From: Nitrospirota bacterium
GTDB taxonomy: Bacteria > Nitrospirota > UBA9217
Direction of reading: 5' to 3'
Length of the DNA stretch: 64,000 nucleotides
Assembly: GCA_035623825.1 (NCBI GenBank)
Contig: DASPSR010000022.1
Location: 64,001 to 128,000, forward strand
The notes beneath the pieces are model-generated. The model did no database searches and was not told where the DNA came from. It saw only the letters and a program-made list of their open reading frames with translations. Both the position numbers and the translations under genes were made by a program. This document shows, one piece after another, positions 8,605 through 18,757 of this stretch. Within the stretch, counting starts at the first letter, position 1. Every line of letters starts with the position of its first letter.

Positions 8605-9444
8605 ATGACCCGACTCACCGAAGAAACCTTTGAGCAGACGCTTCAAACCTTTATCCACTCCGAAGAGATTGATCTCAGCGACGTCTCCTTCATCGACCCC
8701 TATGGCATGCTGGGTCTCCTCGAGATCGGCGAACTCTGCACATGCGAAGACGTACGGAAGGCTGTTGTTCTTCCGAGGTCCGGTGAGGTCCTCAAGTACC
8801 TCGAACGCATGGACTTCTTTACCCACGCGGGCCGTTATTTTTCTCTTGAACACTCCTCTGATGCACCTGAGAAATATCAGCGCAACCCCGATTCCGATGT
8901 ATTGCTCGAGATCACTCCTATTGAGCAATCCAACGATATCCACTACATCGTCGGGAAGGTAAGAGACCGCGCCCAAGCCATCCTCGCCACCCACCTGGGC
9001 TACAACGATCGCGCCATCGACGGTTTCATCGTGGCCCTCTCCGAGGTCTGCCAGAACATCATTGAACACAGCGAGAGCAAAGGATTCGTGGGCATCCAAA
9101 AGTACCGGTTCCAGAGCATGAATAAGAACGTGGTCAAGATCGCAGTCATGGACGCGGGCATCGGGTTTCGGAAGTCCCTGGCCGGCAGGTTCAAACTGCG
9201 GAGCGACCTTGAGGCCATCGACAAGGCGCTCCTGCATGGGGCGTCCCGGTACGAGGAAGAGGGCCGCGGCCACGGCCTAGCCGCTGTCCGCAGATTCGTC
9301 AATCAATGGCAGGGCAAGCTCTCCATCCGCTCAGGCACGGCCCGTCTCTGCATCATACCCACATGGGCCCGGGGCAGGGGACAGGAGCGGAACCTAACCC
9401 GCTTCCCCGGTGCGCAGATCAATATCCTCCTTCCGGAGGTGTAA
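8605..9444 (+). CDS. STAS-like plus HATPase_c (anti-sigma/RsbW-like) ATP-binding protein
   Basis: IDLSDVSFIDPYG STAS-like N-terminus; N-box SEVCQNIIEHS, DAGIG, GRGHGL; no HisKA helix. Confidence 0.75.
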   Translation: MTRLTEETFEQTLQTFIHSEEIDLSDVSFIDPYGMLGLLEIGELCTCEDVRKAVVLPRSGEVLKYLERMDFFTHAGRYFSLEHSSDAPEKYQRNPDSDVLLEITPIEQSNDIHYIVGKVRDRAQAILATHLGYNDRAIDGFIVALSEVCQNIIEHSESKGFVGIQKYRFQSMNKNVVKIAVMDAGIGFRKSLAGRFKLRSDLEAIDKALLHGASRYEEEGRGHGLAAVRRFVNQWQGKLSIRSGTARLCIIPTWARGRGQERNLTRFPGAQINILLPEV

Positions 9445-9538
9445 ATCTATTGCTGCTCCCTCTTGGCACTCTGATCGCCCGTCCTGCCCGCACGAACCCG
9501 GCATGATTATTGGCTGATCCTATGCTTCAAAAATTCCC

Positions 9539-9580
9539 TTGACAAAATATGGGAAATATGGTTCAATTGATTCAATTGAA
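9539..9580 (+). promoter_or_regulatory. Putative promoter overlapped by a repeat/palindromic operator
   Basis: TTGACA at 9539, AAATATGG twice, then TTCAATTGA twice (palindromic core TCAATTGA). Confidence 0.45.
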
Positions 9581-9602
9581 TTTGTTTGATCCCGATGCGA
9601 AG

Positions 9603-10163
9603 ATGATCAGATACGACCTCTATAAATTCCTCAAAGAAGAGCTCGTGAATGGCTCGAAGGACCTCGTGACGCGGCCGTCGGGGGAAAAAATCAGAAGACG
9701 GATCGAGCGGGGCATGGAGAAGGAGCCGGACGGGGCTGTCGTTGGGCTCGATTTTGCGAAAATCGGGATCATAGACTATTCATGCGCAGACGAGATCGTG
9801 GCGAAGCTCGTATCGCGCCTTTTAGGCGGCGAATACGGCGACAAGTATCTTATCCTCACAGGGCTGAACGAAAACCAGAAGGAGAACATCGAGGTGGCCC
9901 TCGAGCGGAAGGACCTGGCGGTCATGGCCTCGATGAAGGACGGCGGCAGGATCGTTTTGGGGAACCTGAACAACTATCTCAAGGACACTCTTGCTTTTAT
10001 CTCCGTGCGGAGAAAAGCGACCGCCAAGGACCTCGCGGATGCAAGGAAACTCGAAGCAAATACGAGCGGCACCCGGCTCCTGAACCTGCACAAGAAACGG
10101 CTCGTCAAGCGAAACGAGGAGAGTCGGAGCGATGGAACAGTATGGGTCTACGAACTGTTGTGA
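9603..10163 (+). CDS. STAS-like (DUF4325-like) plus C-terminal winged-HTH protein
   Basis: LVTRPSG, LDFAKIGIIDYSCADE; C-terminal TAKDLADARKLEANTSGTRLLNLHKKRLVKR..WVY wHTH. Confidence 0.7.
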   Translation: MIRYDLYKFLKEELVNGSKDLVTRPSGEKIRRRIERGMEKEPDGAVVGLDFAKIGIIDYSCADEIVAKLVSRLLGGEYGDKYLILTGLNENQKENIEVALERKDLAVMASMKDGGRIVLGNLNNYLKDTLAFISVRRKATAKDLADARKLEANTSGTRLLNLHKKRLVKRNEESRSDGTVWVYELL

Positions 10164-10176
10164 GGGCCAATTTTCG

Positions 10177-10206
10177 TTGACGGATGATGTTAGCCGATGC
10201 TACAAT
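10177..10206 (+). promoter_or_regulatory. sigma70-type promoter upstream of pgpA
   Basis: TTGACG-18 bp-TACAAT with extended TG. Confidence 0.5.
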
Positions 10207-10231
10207 ATACGGTCTTTCGGGATTGCATGCG

Positions 10232-10696
10232 ATGAACAGATTCACGAGAGAGGTCGTCCTCTTCATGGCCCAAGGGGCGTACAGCGGCAGGGCTCCCATG
10301 GCGCCTGGGACCGCTGGTACAGCAGTGGGCGTGCTCGCCTATTTGTGGATGAGACGGCTTTCGCCCGGTGCCTACGTTCTGTCCTGCATTCTGATTGTTC
10401 TTATCGGGACCTGGATCGCGGGCCAGGCCGAGGGACTGCTCGGGAAGAAGGACCACCCATCCATTGTAATCGACGAGATCGCCGGATATCTTGTTTCTGC
10501 GGCCATGCTGCCCGGGACATGGGTTTTCATCATCGCGGCATTCGTTCTCTTCAGGTTCTTTGATATTATGAAACCCTATCCTCTGAAGCGGCTTCAGAAT
10601 CTCCACGGAGGCGTCGGGATTATGTTCGATGATATCGGGGCCGGAGTGTATACGAACCTTGTGCTCAGGATCGTTGCTGAAGCGTTTAATGTATGA
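10232..10696 (+). CDS. pgpA: Phosphatidylglycerophosphatase A
   Basis: PMAPGTAGT, DHPSIVIDEIAG, LFRFFDIMKPYP, GIMFDD. Confidence 0.93.
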   Translation: MNRFTREVVLFMAQGAYSGRAPMAPGTAGTAVGVLAYLWMRRLSPGAYVLSCILIVLIGTWIAGQAEGLLGKKDHPSIVIDEIAGYLVSAAMLPGTWVFIIAAFVLFRFFDIMKPYPLKRLQNLHGGVGIMFDDIGAGVYTNLVLRIVAEAFNV

Positions 10697-10774
10697 CCGC
10701 AAAGGGCGGAGAGCGCGGTGCGGAGCGAAAGGATCTATGCTCATGCGCTCTGCTCTCCGCAGAGGTGCTTTTGC

Positions 10775-12010
10775 ATGCGCGCAGAAATCATAGCTACAGG
10801 GACCGAACTTCTGTCCGGCGGTGTGTCCGAAACCAATGCCCTTTTCCTCTCGGAAGAGATCCTGCTCATAGGCCTTGAAACGGCTTTCAAGACTGTGGTC
10901 GGAGATGATGAGAAGGACATGGAAGAGGCGCTCCGCAGGGCCATGTGTCGGGCCGATGTTGTCATAATTACCGGCGGAATCGGCCCGACCGAGGACGACA
11001 TTACCAGAAAAGTGATTGCGAAGATCGTCAAGCGGCGCCTGGTGCTGAACGAGGATGCCTTTAAAGCCATCCGTGCCATGCTTTCCAGGAGGGGCAGGGA
11101 GTACGCGATTGCGAACGACCGACAGGCATTGATCCCCGCGGGTGCGCGGCTCCTGCAGAATCCGGTGGGATCAGCGCCTGGCTTCTTTCTTGACGAGGGG
11201 AGCACGTTCATCGCTGTCCTCCCCGGCGTCCCCAAGGAAATGACGGCAATGTTCAGAGAGGGGCTCAAGCCGGCCCTTGAGGAGCGGTTCGGCGGCAAGG
11301 CATTCATCAAACGCAGGATATTGCACACCTGCGGCATGTCCGAGTCAGCGGTAAATCAGGCCATACAGGACATCATGAAGCGCGAGGCGCCGGCAGTGGG
11401 GCTTACGGCAAAGGAGACGGGCGTGGACATCCGCATCATCGCCAGGGAGTCCGATGCTGAACGGGCTCAGTCGATCGTGGACATCACGGAGACGGCGATA
11501 CGGGGAAGGCTCGGCGATGTCATCTACGGCGTGGATGGTCTGTCTATGGAAGAGGTGGTGGGCGCACTCCTGAAACAACGCAGGATTAAGCTCTCGGTCG
11601 CCGAATCCTGCACTGGCGGTCTGATCGGAGCGCGTATCACGAATATCGCCGGGAGCTCGGAATATTTCGAACGGGGTGTCGTCGTGTACAGCAATGTCTC
11701 GAAGTCCGAGATGGTCGGAGTGCCTGGAGAATTGATCGAGCGTTGCGGCGCGGTCAGCAGCGAGGTGGCGGCGGCCATGGCGCAGGGGATCAGGCAGACG
11801 GCTAAAACGGACCTCGGGCTTGCGGTCACCGGTATTGCAGGCCCCAGCGGCGGCACCGAGCTGAAGCCCGTTGGCCTTGTGTACGCGGCGCTCGCGAGTG
11901 CTCAGGGAGTCAAGACTGATGAATACAGGTTCCTGGGAAACAGGGAGCAGGTGCGTATGAAGGCGTCCCAGATGGCGCTGGATATGGTGAGAAGGTATCT
12001 CATCGGGTAG
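10775..12010 (+). CDS. cinA: Competence/damage-inducible protein CinA (MoCF-like domain plus NMN deamidase)
   Basis: GTELLSG, TGGIGPTEDDIT, LPGVPKEM, AESCTGG, TGIAGP. Confidence 0.95.
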   Translation: MRAEIIATGTELLSGGVSETNALFLSEEILLIGLETAFKTVVGDDEKDMEEALRRAMCRADVVIITGGIGPTEDDITRKVIAKIVKRRLVLNEDAFKAIRAMLSRRGREYAIANDRQALIPAGARLLQNPVGSAPGFFLDEGSTFIAVLPGVPKEMTAMFREGLKPALEERFGGKAFIKRRILHTCGMSESAVNQAIQDIMKREAPAVGLTAKETGVDIRIIARESDAERAQSIVDITETAIRGRLGDVIYGVDGLSMEEVVGALLKQRRIKLSVAESCTGGLIGARITNIAGSSEYFERGVVVYSNVSKSEMVGVPGELIERCGAVSSEVAAAMAQGIRQTAKTDLGLAVTGIAGPSGGTELKPVGLVYAALASAQGVKTDEYRFLGNREQVRMKASQMALDMVRRYLIG

Positions 12011-12113
12011 ACAAAAGATCCATGGTTTCAGCCGCAATGGCATCAGGGTGCGAGGAGTAAATATTGATTTTTTGACTCTATGACGCGTGTTTCGGTGGCG
12101 GAGATTTTCGAGC

Positions 12114-12671
12114 ATGAGGACCTTCATAGCCGTAGAGATCCCTGATGGGATCAAGAAGGAAATGGAGAAGGCCCAGGAGCAGCTCAAGCGCTCCGGCGCA
12201 GATGCGGGGTGGACCAGACCCGAAGGGATTCATCTGACGCTCAAGTTCCTGGGCGAGGTGATGGAAGCGAAGATCGACGAGATCAAGAACACCCTGACCC
12301 GCGCCGTCGGTGACATGGGCAGGTTCCGGCTGGAGATAGGCGGTGCAGGCGCCTTTCCGAACTCGAAGAATCCCCGCGTGGTCTGGCTCGGGGTGTCGGG
12401 AGACATTGACAAGCTTGAGGCCCTTTGGCGTTCGGTAGAGGATTCGATGACAGCGATAGGGTTCGACCGGGAAGAACGGGCCTTTTCGCCTCATCTGACG
12501 CTGGCGAGGATCAAATATCTCCGGCCACGATTCTCTTGGCAGAAGGCGATAGACGGCATCAAGGATATACGGCTCGCCGGGTTTGAGGTGGACCACATCA
12601 GCCTCATGAAGAGCGAGTTAAAACCGTCAGGGGCGGTGTATTCGGAAATCGCGAGGGCGGATTTAAAATAA
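12114..12671 (+). CDS. thpR: RNA 2',3'-cyclic phosphodiesterase (2H family)
   Basis: Two HxT motifs ([15 protein letters not shown]); starts MRTFIA. Confidence 0.92.
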   Translation: MRTFIAVEIPDGIKKEMEKAQEQLKRSGADAGWTRPEGIHLTLKFLGEVMEAKIDEIKNTLTRAVGDMGRFRLEIGGAGAFPNSKNPRVVWLGVSGDIDKLEALWRSVEDSMTAIGFDREERAFSPHLTLARIKYLRPRFSWQKAIDGIKDIRLAGFEVDHISLMKSELKPSGAVYSEIARADLK

Positions 12672-12726
12672 ATTTAAATTCAAATTCGATTTGATGAGCC
12701 GCGGCTGCGGCGAAAGGAGATTCGTA

Positions 12727-13839
12727 ATGGCTGACAAGGACAAGTTGAAGGCGCTGGAACTGGCGGTGGGCCAGATCGAGAAGCAGTTCGGCAAAGGATC
12801 CATCATGCGGCTGGGCAAGGAGGAGGTCCCGGCAGGGATTCCCGCCATATCAACGGGCTCCCTCGGCCTGGACATCGCACTCGGCGTGGGCGGTGTTCCG
12901 CGCGGGAGGATCATCGAGATCTACGGCCCCGAGTCTTCCGGAAAGACCACGCTCGCGCTCCATGTTATCGCCGAAGCGCAGAAGGCCGGGGGCCAGGCGG
13001 CCTTCATCGATGCGGAGCATGCCCTCGACGTCGCCTATGCGCGCAAGCTCGGGGTACGTACCGATGACCTGCTGATCTCGCAGCCGGACACCGGAGAGCA
13101 GGCGCTCGAGATCACGGAGACCCTCGTTCGGAGCGGTGCCATCGACGTCATCGTCGTGGACTCCGTTGCAGCACTGACTCCGCGGGCCGAGATCGAAGGC
13201 GAGATGGGAGATGCACACATGGGGCTCCAGGCGAGGCTCATGAGCCAGGCATTGAGAAAGCTCACGGGCGCGATCAGCAAGTCTGCGACAACGCTTATTT
13301 TCATCAATCAGATCCGAATGAAGATCGGCGTGATGTTCGGCAACCCCGAGACGACGACCGGCGGCAACGCTCTGAAGTTCTACGCCTCGGTGCGGCTCGA
13401 TATCCGGAAGGTCTCAGCGATCAAAGAAGGCGAGGACGTGACCGGCGGCAGGGTGAAGGTGAAGGTCGTAAAGAACAAGATCGCGCCGCCATTCAGGTCC
13501 GCTGAGTTTGATATAATGTTCAACGAAGGGATCTCCAAGATCGGCGAGATCATCGACATGGGTGCCGATAAGAATATCGTTGAGAAGAGCGGCGCCTGGT
13601 TCTCCTACGGCGGCACGCGTATCGGCCAGGGACGGGAGAACGTCAAGCAGTTCCTTGCGGGGCATCCCGATATGGCGTCTGAGATCGAGCTCAAAGTGCG
13701 GCAGTCCGCTGGCCTGCCGGCCGCAGTGGCGCAAGTGGCGGAGGGCAGCGCCTCTGCCAGGGACAAGGATTCGGCCGCTGGAGAGCGCGGAGGCAAAGCC
13801 GCGAAAGGTCAAAAGTCGGAGAAACACATGGAGGCGTAA
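12727..13839 (+). CDS. recA: Recombinase RecA
   Basis: [35 protein letters not shown]. Confidence 0.99.
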   Translation: MADKDKLKALELAVGQIEKQFGKGSIMRLGKEEVPAGIPAISTGSLGLDIALGVGGVPRGRIIEIYGPESSGKTTLALHVIAEAQKAGGQAAFIDAEHALDVAYARKLGVRTDDLLISQPDTGEQALEITETLVRSGAIDVIVVDSVAALTPRAEIEGEMGDAHMGLQARLMSQALRKLTGAISKSATTLIFINQIRMKIGVMFGNPETTTGGNALKFYASVRLDIRKVSAIKEGEDVTGGRVKVKVVKNKIAPPFRSAEFDIMFNEGISKIGEIIDMGADKNIVEKSGAWFSYGGTRIGQGRENVKQFLAGHPDMASEIELKVRQSAGLPAAVAQVAEGSASARDKDSAAGERGGKAAKGQKSEKHMEA

Positions 13840-15090
13840 ATGAACCTGAATGAACTGCTCAAGCTCACTTTTGAAAAGCGGGCATCAGACCTGCACATCA
13901 AAGTGGGGAATCCGCCGATTCTCAGGATCGACGGGAAGCTGACCCCCATCGAGGCCGAGAAGAGGCTCACCCAGGAAGATGCCGTTGGCATCGCGTCCGG
14001 CATCATGAACGCGAGCCAGAAAGCGAAGTTCAAGGAAAAGAACGAGCTCGATATGGCCTATGCCGTGCCGGGGCTGGGCCGTTTCCGCGTGAACGTGTTC
14101 CAGCAGCGCGGCAGCGTTGGGATGGTCTTCCGCCAGATTCCGATGAAGATACTGAATTTTGAGGAGCTCATGCTCCCCGCGGTGCTGTTAAAGGTGGCTC
14201 AGGAGCAGCGCGGACTGGTCCTGGTGACGGGAACGACCGGAAGCGGAAAATCGACCACTCTTGCGTCGATGATCGATTACATCAACACTTCCAGGACGGC
14301 GAACGTTGTCACCATCGAGGATCCCATTGAGTTCCTCCACCGGGACAAGAAAAGCATAGTCAACCAGCGCGAGATCGGCACCGATACTTTTTCATTCAGC
14401 GAAGCTCTGCGGAGCGCCCTGCGTCAGGACCCTGATGTGATCCTCGTGGGCGAGATGAGGGACTTCGAGACCATCTCTACGGCGCTAACCGCAGCCGAGA
14501 CCGGCCACCTCGTGCTCTCCACCCTGCACACCCTGGATGCAGCCGAGACCGTCAACCGCATCATCACCGTCTTCCCTCCGTATCAGCAGAAGCAGGTAAG
14601 GATGCAGCTTGCCTCGGTGATCAAAGGTATTATCTCGCAGCGTCTCGTCGCCAGAGCGGACGGCAACGGGCGCGTGCCGGCTGTCGAGGTAATGCTCGGG
14701 ACGATGTCGGTGCGCGAGGCGATCATCGACGATGCCAAAACCCGTCAGATACCGTCGATCATTGCAGCCGGGATGTCTCATTACGGAATGCAAACCTTCG
14801 ACCAGTCGCTCCTTGTGCTCTATAGGAAGGGCGTGATCACGTATGAAGAGGCGATCATGACCGCGAGCAACCCCGATGACTTTGCGCTCAAGGTCAAGGG
14901 CGTCCAGTCCACGAGCGACATGGCCGAGGAGGAGGAGGATCTGCGAAAAAGAGCCGCCAAACCGGCAGGAGGGACGGCGCCGAGGCCGGCCGGCCCAGGG
15001 AGGCCCGCGCCGAAGGAACAAGAGGCGAAGGAGTACACCGGCGGGTCGCAGGACACTGACTTCAAGATAGACCGGTTCGGGGACAAGTAG
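13840..15090 (+). CDS. pilT: Type IV pilus retraction ATPase (PilT/PilU family)
   Basis: ASDLH, GTTGSGKST, TIEDPIE, ALRQDPDVILVGEMRD, GHLVLSTLHT, GMQTFDQ. Confidence 0.92.
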   Translation: MNLNELLKLTFEKRASDLHIKVGNPPILRIDGKLTPIEAEKRLTQEDAVGIASGIMNASQKAKFKEKNELDMAYAVPGLGRFRVNVFQQRGSVGMVFRQIPMKILNFEELMLPAVLLKVAQEQRGLVLVTGTTGSGKSTTLASMIDYINTSRTANVVTIEDPIEFLHRDKKSIVNQREIGTDTFSFSEALRSALRQDPDVILVGEMRDFETISTALTAAETGHLVLSTLHTLDAAETVNRIITVFPPYQQKQVRMQLASVIKGIISQRLVARADGNGRVPAVEVMLGTMSVREAIIDDAKTRQIPSIIAAGMSHYGMQTFDQSLLVLYRKGVITYEEAIMTASNPDDFALKVKGVQSTSDMAEEEEDLRKRAAKPAGGTAPRPAGPGRPAPKEQEAKEYTGGSQDTDFKIDRFGDK

Positions 15091-15115
15091 AAGGGCACGT
15101 GCGGGGACGCGGTGA

Positions 15116-15589
15116 ATGGATGACGCGAATGACAAAGAAGGTGTCCGAGCAAAAAACGTCGCCTACCGCTATCTCTCATACCGGCCCAGAAGTCATGCAG
15201 AGGTCGAGAAGAAGCTGCGCGACAAGGGATTTGGGCATGACGCTGTTCGTACGGTCCTTTCCCAACTGGTCCGGCTCGGATACATCGATGATGAGAAGTT
15301 CGCGGATCAATGGGTACAGAGCAGGGTTAGACTCCGCGGGCTAGGCAGGCACAGGATCGAAAGGGAACTGAGAGACAAAGGCGTTGACCGTGAGACCGTC
15401 CGCCGGGCGCTGGCCGGCGTTCTGACCGCTGATGTCGAAACTGAAACTGCGAGAAAAGCGGCCAAGAGGAAGCTCACAATGATGAAAGACCTCGACCGAG
15501 AGACAAGGCGCAGACGGATTGCGGGTTTCCTGGAAAGAAAAGGATTTTCGCACGGAGTAATCTGGGACATCTTGAAGAATACTGACTGA
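15116..15589 (+). CDS. recX: Regulatory protein RecX
   Basis: LSYRPRS, GYIDDEKFA, ELRDKGV, FLERKGFS; located next to recA. Confidence 0.92.
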   Translation: MDDANDKEGVRAKNVAYRYLSYRPRSHAEVEKKLRDKGFGHDAVRTVLSQLVRLGYIDDEKFADQWVQSRVRLRGLGRHRIERELRDKGVDRETVRRALAGVLTADVETETARKAAKRKLTMMKDLDRETRRRRIAGFLERKGFSHGVIWDILKNTD

Positions 15590-15738
15590 CTTCGAGACAA
15601 CAGATAGTCGAAAGCAGGTGTTCCGCAGAGACAGGCGATCAACACAGGCACCCATCCTCAGGGCGCATCATTGGTAACCGGTTTCCCACCGTATTCATCT
15701 GCGGTTATTTAAGTTTGATCCGACATAAGGAGTGTGAC

Positions 15739-18375
15739 TTGAAGGCAAACGATTTGCGGAAGATTTTTCTAGACTACTTTGCGGCGCGGGGGCACAAGAT
15801 CGTGCCGAGCTCGGCTCTCGTCCCCCGGAGCGACCCCACGCTCCTGTTCACGAACGCAGGCATGGTGCAGTTCAAAAGCGTGTTCCTCGGAGAGGAAGCG
15901 CGGGAGTATAAGCGCGCAGTGACGAGTCAGAAGTGCATGCGCGCCGGCGGCAAACACAACGATCTCGAGAATGTGGGACATACTGCGCGGCACCACACTT
16001 TTTTCGAGATGCTTGGCAACTTCTCGTTCGGCGACTACTTTAAAAAGGAAGCAATCACCTTCGCCTGGGAGTTTCTGACGACTGTCATAGGGCTTCCGAA
16101 GGAGAAGCTCTGGGTCACGATCTACAAGGATGACGACGAGGCGTTCAAGCTCTGGCAGGACGTGGCCAGGGTCCCTCCCGACCGCATCGTGCGTCTCGGC
16201 GAACAGGACAACTTTTGGCAGATGGGCGACACCGGTCCCTGCGGCCCCTGCTCCGAGATCATCATCGACCAGGGGCCCGAGATCGGATGCGGGAAGGCGG
16301 AGTGCGCCGTGGGATGCGACTGCGACCGCTATCTTGAGATCTGGAACCTTGTGTTCATGCAGTTCAACCGGGACGCATCGGGGACACTCGCGCCCCTGCC
16401 CAAGCCGAGCATCGACACGGGTATGGGGCTCGAGAGGCTGTCTGCCGTGGTGGAGGGCGTCAAGAGCAATTTCGAGACCGACCTGTTCCGACCGATCATC
16501 AAACAGATTGCAACGCTTGCAGGCGTGCCGTACCATAAGGACCAGCAGGCGGACATCTCCTACCAGGTGATTGCCGACCACCTCCGGGCAATGACTTTTT
16601 TGATCTCTGACGGCGTGCTCCCCTCGAACGAGGGCAGGGGTTATGTGCTCCGGCGCGTGATCCGCAGGGCAAGCCGATACGGCAGACTCATCGGTATCGA
16701 CAAGCCGTTCCTGTACAAACTCACAGGAGTAGTGGTTGACGGGATGCGCGAAGCCTATCCTGAACTCGTTGACACCCGTGAACATGTTGCCAAGGTCGTT
16801 CTGCTCGAAGAGGAACGTTTTGCCACGACGCTCAGCTCGGGCATCGCGCTGTTGAACGAGACGGTCGCGAAAATCAAAGCAGAGAACAAGGACGAGATCC
16901 CCGGCGATGTGCTGTTCAAGCTCTACGATACCTTCGGCTTCCCCCTCGATCTGGTCGCGGACATGGCCCGGGACACGGGCCTGCGGCTTGATGAGGAAGG
17001 ATACCATAAGGCCATGCAGGAGCAAAGAGATAAGGCTCGGGCGGCTTGGGCCGGATCGGGAGAGGCAAAGATAAACCCCGTGTATAGAGAGGTTGCCGGC
17101 AGCATTCGCAAGCCGGCGTTCACGGGTTATGATATACTTCAAGATAACGGCCAGATCGTGGCCATCATTAAGGGAGACAAAAAGGCCGCGGAGGCGCATG
17201 AGGGCGACGATGCCGAGATCATCCTGGACCGCACGCCCTTCTACGCCGAATCCGGCGGGCAGGTGGGAGACAAGGGGGATCTTCTCGGCGAAGGCTCCAA
17301 ATTCTCGGTAAACGGGACCGTAAAACCCTACGAGGATCTCATCGTTCATCGGGGCAGGCTCAGGAAGGGCACCCTCAAGGTCGGTGACACGGTGCTCGCA
17401 CGGGTGGACGAGGAAAGCAGGGGCGATACGGCTCGACACCACACCGCCACGCACCTGCTCCATGCCACGCTCCGGTACGTGCTCGGTGACCATGTCAAAC
17501 AGGCGGGCTCGCTCGTGGCACCCGACCGGCTTCGCTTCGACTTCTCGCACTATGCGGCGCTGACTGACCGGGAACTGAACAGGATCGAAGAACTCGTCAA
17601 TGATTACATCATCGAAAACCACCCCGTGGAGACAGCGGTAATGGACGTTGACCAGGCGGTCGCCTCCGGAGCAATGGCCCTGTTCGACGAAAAATATGCA
17701 GACAAGGTGCGGGTCGTCACGGTCAAGGACGTGAGCAAAGAGCTCTGCGGCGGTACGCACACCCATGCGAGCGGCGACATCGGCGTGCTCAAGATCATCT
17801 CCGAGGTGGGCATCGCCGCGGGTGTCCGGAGGATAGAGGCCGTGGCCGGCAGGCATGCGTACCGGGCGTTTAAGGGCGAGGAACAGAGAATCGTGGATAT
17901 CGCCCAAATGCTCAAGGCGTCGGAGTCCGACGTGGTTGCGCGCGTGGAGAGACTTGTGGCTCAGGTGAAGAGCCTTGAAAAGGAGATAGACCAGTTCAAG
18001 CACAAGCTCCAGTCGTCTCAGGCGGACGACGTGGTCGGCGGCGCGCAGGTGATCAACGGAATTAAGGTGCTTGCAAAGCGCGTTGACGGGATGGACCCGA
18101 AGGACCTTCGCGACTTCGGCGACAAGCTGCGTGACAAGCTCGACTCCGGCATACTGGCGCTCGGCTCGGTAAAGGACGGGAAGGTGAGCCTTATCGTGAT
18201 GGTCACGAAAGATCTCACGAACCGGTTCCACGCGGGCCGGATCATCAAAGAGATGGCGGGCATCCTCGGCGGCACCGGAGGCGGCAAACCCGAGTTGGCG
18301 CAGTCCGGAGGAAAAGACCCGGCTAAGCTGGACGCGGCGCTCGGGGCGTTGTATACTATAACTAAGAAGGCATGA
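15739..18375 (+). CDS. alaS: Alanine--tRNA ligase
   Basis: LLFTNAGMVQFK, HHTFFEMLGNFSFGDYFK, HTATHLL, ELCGGTH; TTG start after SD AAGGAG. Confidence 0.98.
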   Translation: MKANDLRKIFLDYFAARGHKIVPSSALVPRSDPTLLFTNAGMVQFKSVFLGEEAREYKRAVTSQKCMRAGGKHNDLENVGHTARHHTFFEMLGNFSFGDYFKKEAITFAWEFLTTVIGLPKEKLWVTIYKDDDEAFKLWQDVARVPPDRIVRLGEQDNFWQMGDTGPCGPCSEIIIDQGPEIGCGKAECAVGCDCDRYLEIWNLVFMQFNRDASGTLAPLPKPSIDTGMGLERLSAVVEGVKSNFETDLFRPIIKQIATLAGVPYHKDQQADISYQVIADHLRAMTFLISDGVLPSNEGRGYVLRRVIRRASRYGRLIGIDKPFLYKLTGVVVDGMREAYPELVDTREHVAKVVLLEEERFATTLSSGIALLNETVAKIKAENKDEIPGDVLFKLYDTFGFPLDLVADMARDTGLRLDEEGYHKAMQEQRDKARAAWAGSGEAKINPVYREVAGSIRKPAFTGYDILQDNGQIVAIIKGDKKAAEAHEGDDAEIILDRTPFYAESGGQVGDKGDLLGEGSKFSVNGTVKPYEDLIVHRGRLRKGTLKVGDTVLARVDEESRGDTARHHTATHLLHATLRYVLGDHVKQAGSLVAPDRLRFDFSHYAALTDRELNRIEELVNDYIIENHPVETAVMDVDQAVASGAMALFDEKYADKVRVVTVKDVSKELCGGTHTHASGDIGVLKIISEVGIAAGVRRIEAVAGRHAYRAFKGEEQRIVDIAQMLKASESDVVARVERLVAQVKSLEKEIDQFKHKLQSSQADDVVGGAQVINGIKVLAKRVDGMDPKDLRDFGDKLRDKLDSGILALGSVKDGKVSLIVMVTKDLTNRFHAGRIIKEMAGILGGTGGGKPELAQSGGKDPAKLDAALGALYTITKKA

Positions 18376-18416
18376 GGATCCGTGCGGCAGCGGGACAACC
18401 AAGGGAGGAGGAGATC

Positions 18417-18737
18417 ATGACGGTTTCAGAGATTATCAAGAAGGCTATGCTGGCAGGACTTGGCGCGCAGGAAAAGGCCAAGGAGTTCATCGATGATCTG
18501 GTTAAGGCTGGAGAGCTTTCGAAAAGCGAGGGCGCATCGCTGGTGAAGGAATGGGTCTCCAAGGCCGAGGAGAGCACCAAGGATATGGACCACAAGGTCA
18601 AGGACGCCATGTCGGCCGCCTTTGAGAAACTCAACATCCCTACCCGCGGCGACCTCGAGAAAGTCGAGAAGAAGCTCCAGAACATCTCCGCAAGGCTTAC
18701 GAAGCTTGAGGGAGGCGAAGGGAAAGGCGGGGCGTAG
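18417..18737 (+). CDS. Phasin/PhaF-like coiled-coil protein
   Basis: KAMLAGLG, LVKAGELSKSEG, LNIPTRGDLEKV; this family is typically found upstream of ubiB. Confidence 0.75.
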   Translation: MTVSEIIKKAMLAGLGAQEKAKEFIDDLVKAGELSKSEGASLVKEWVSKAEESTKDMDHKVKDAMSAAFEKLNIPTRGDLEKVEKKLQNISARLTKLEGGEGKGGA

Positions 18738-18757
18738 CTCGCGGCCCCGCAATACCA

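Noticed and set aside
15590-15738. Possible T-box riboswitch upstream of alaS
   Set aside because: No GGTGGNACCGCG T-box sequence or terminator/antiterminator is visible.
15769-18402. 877-aa antisense ORF (similar long antisense ORFs lie over clpX, topA and the GGDEF-EAL gene)
   Set aside because: Shadow frames of well-conserved GC-rich genes; no recognisable motifs.
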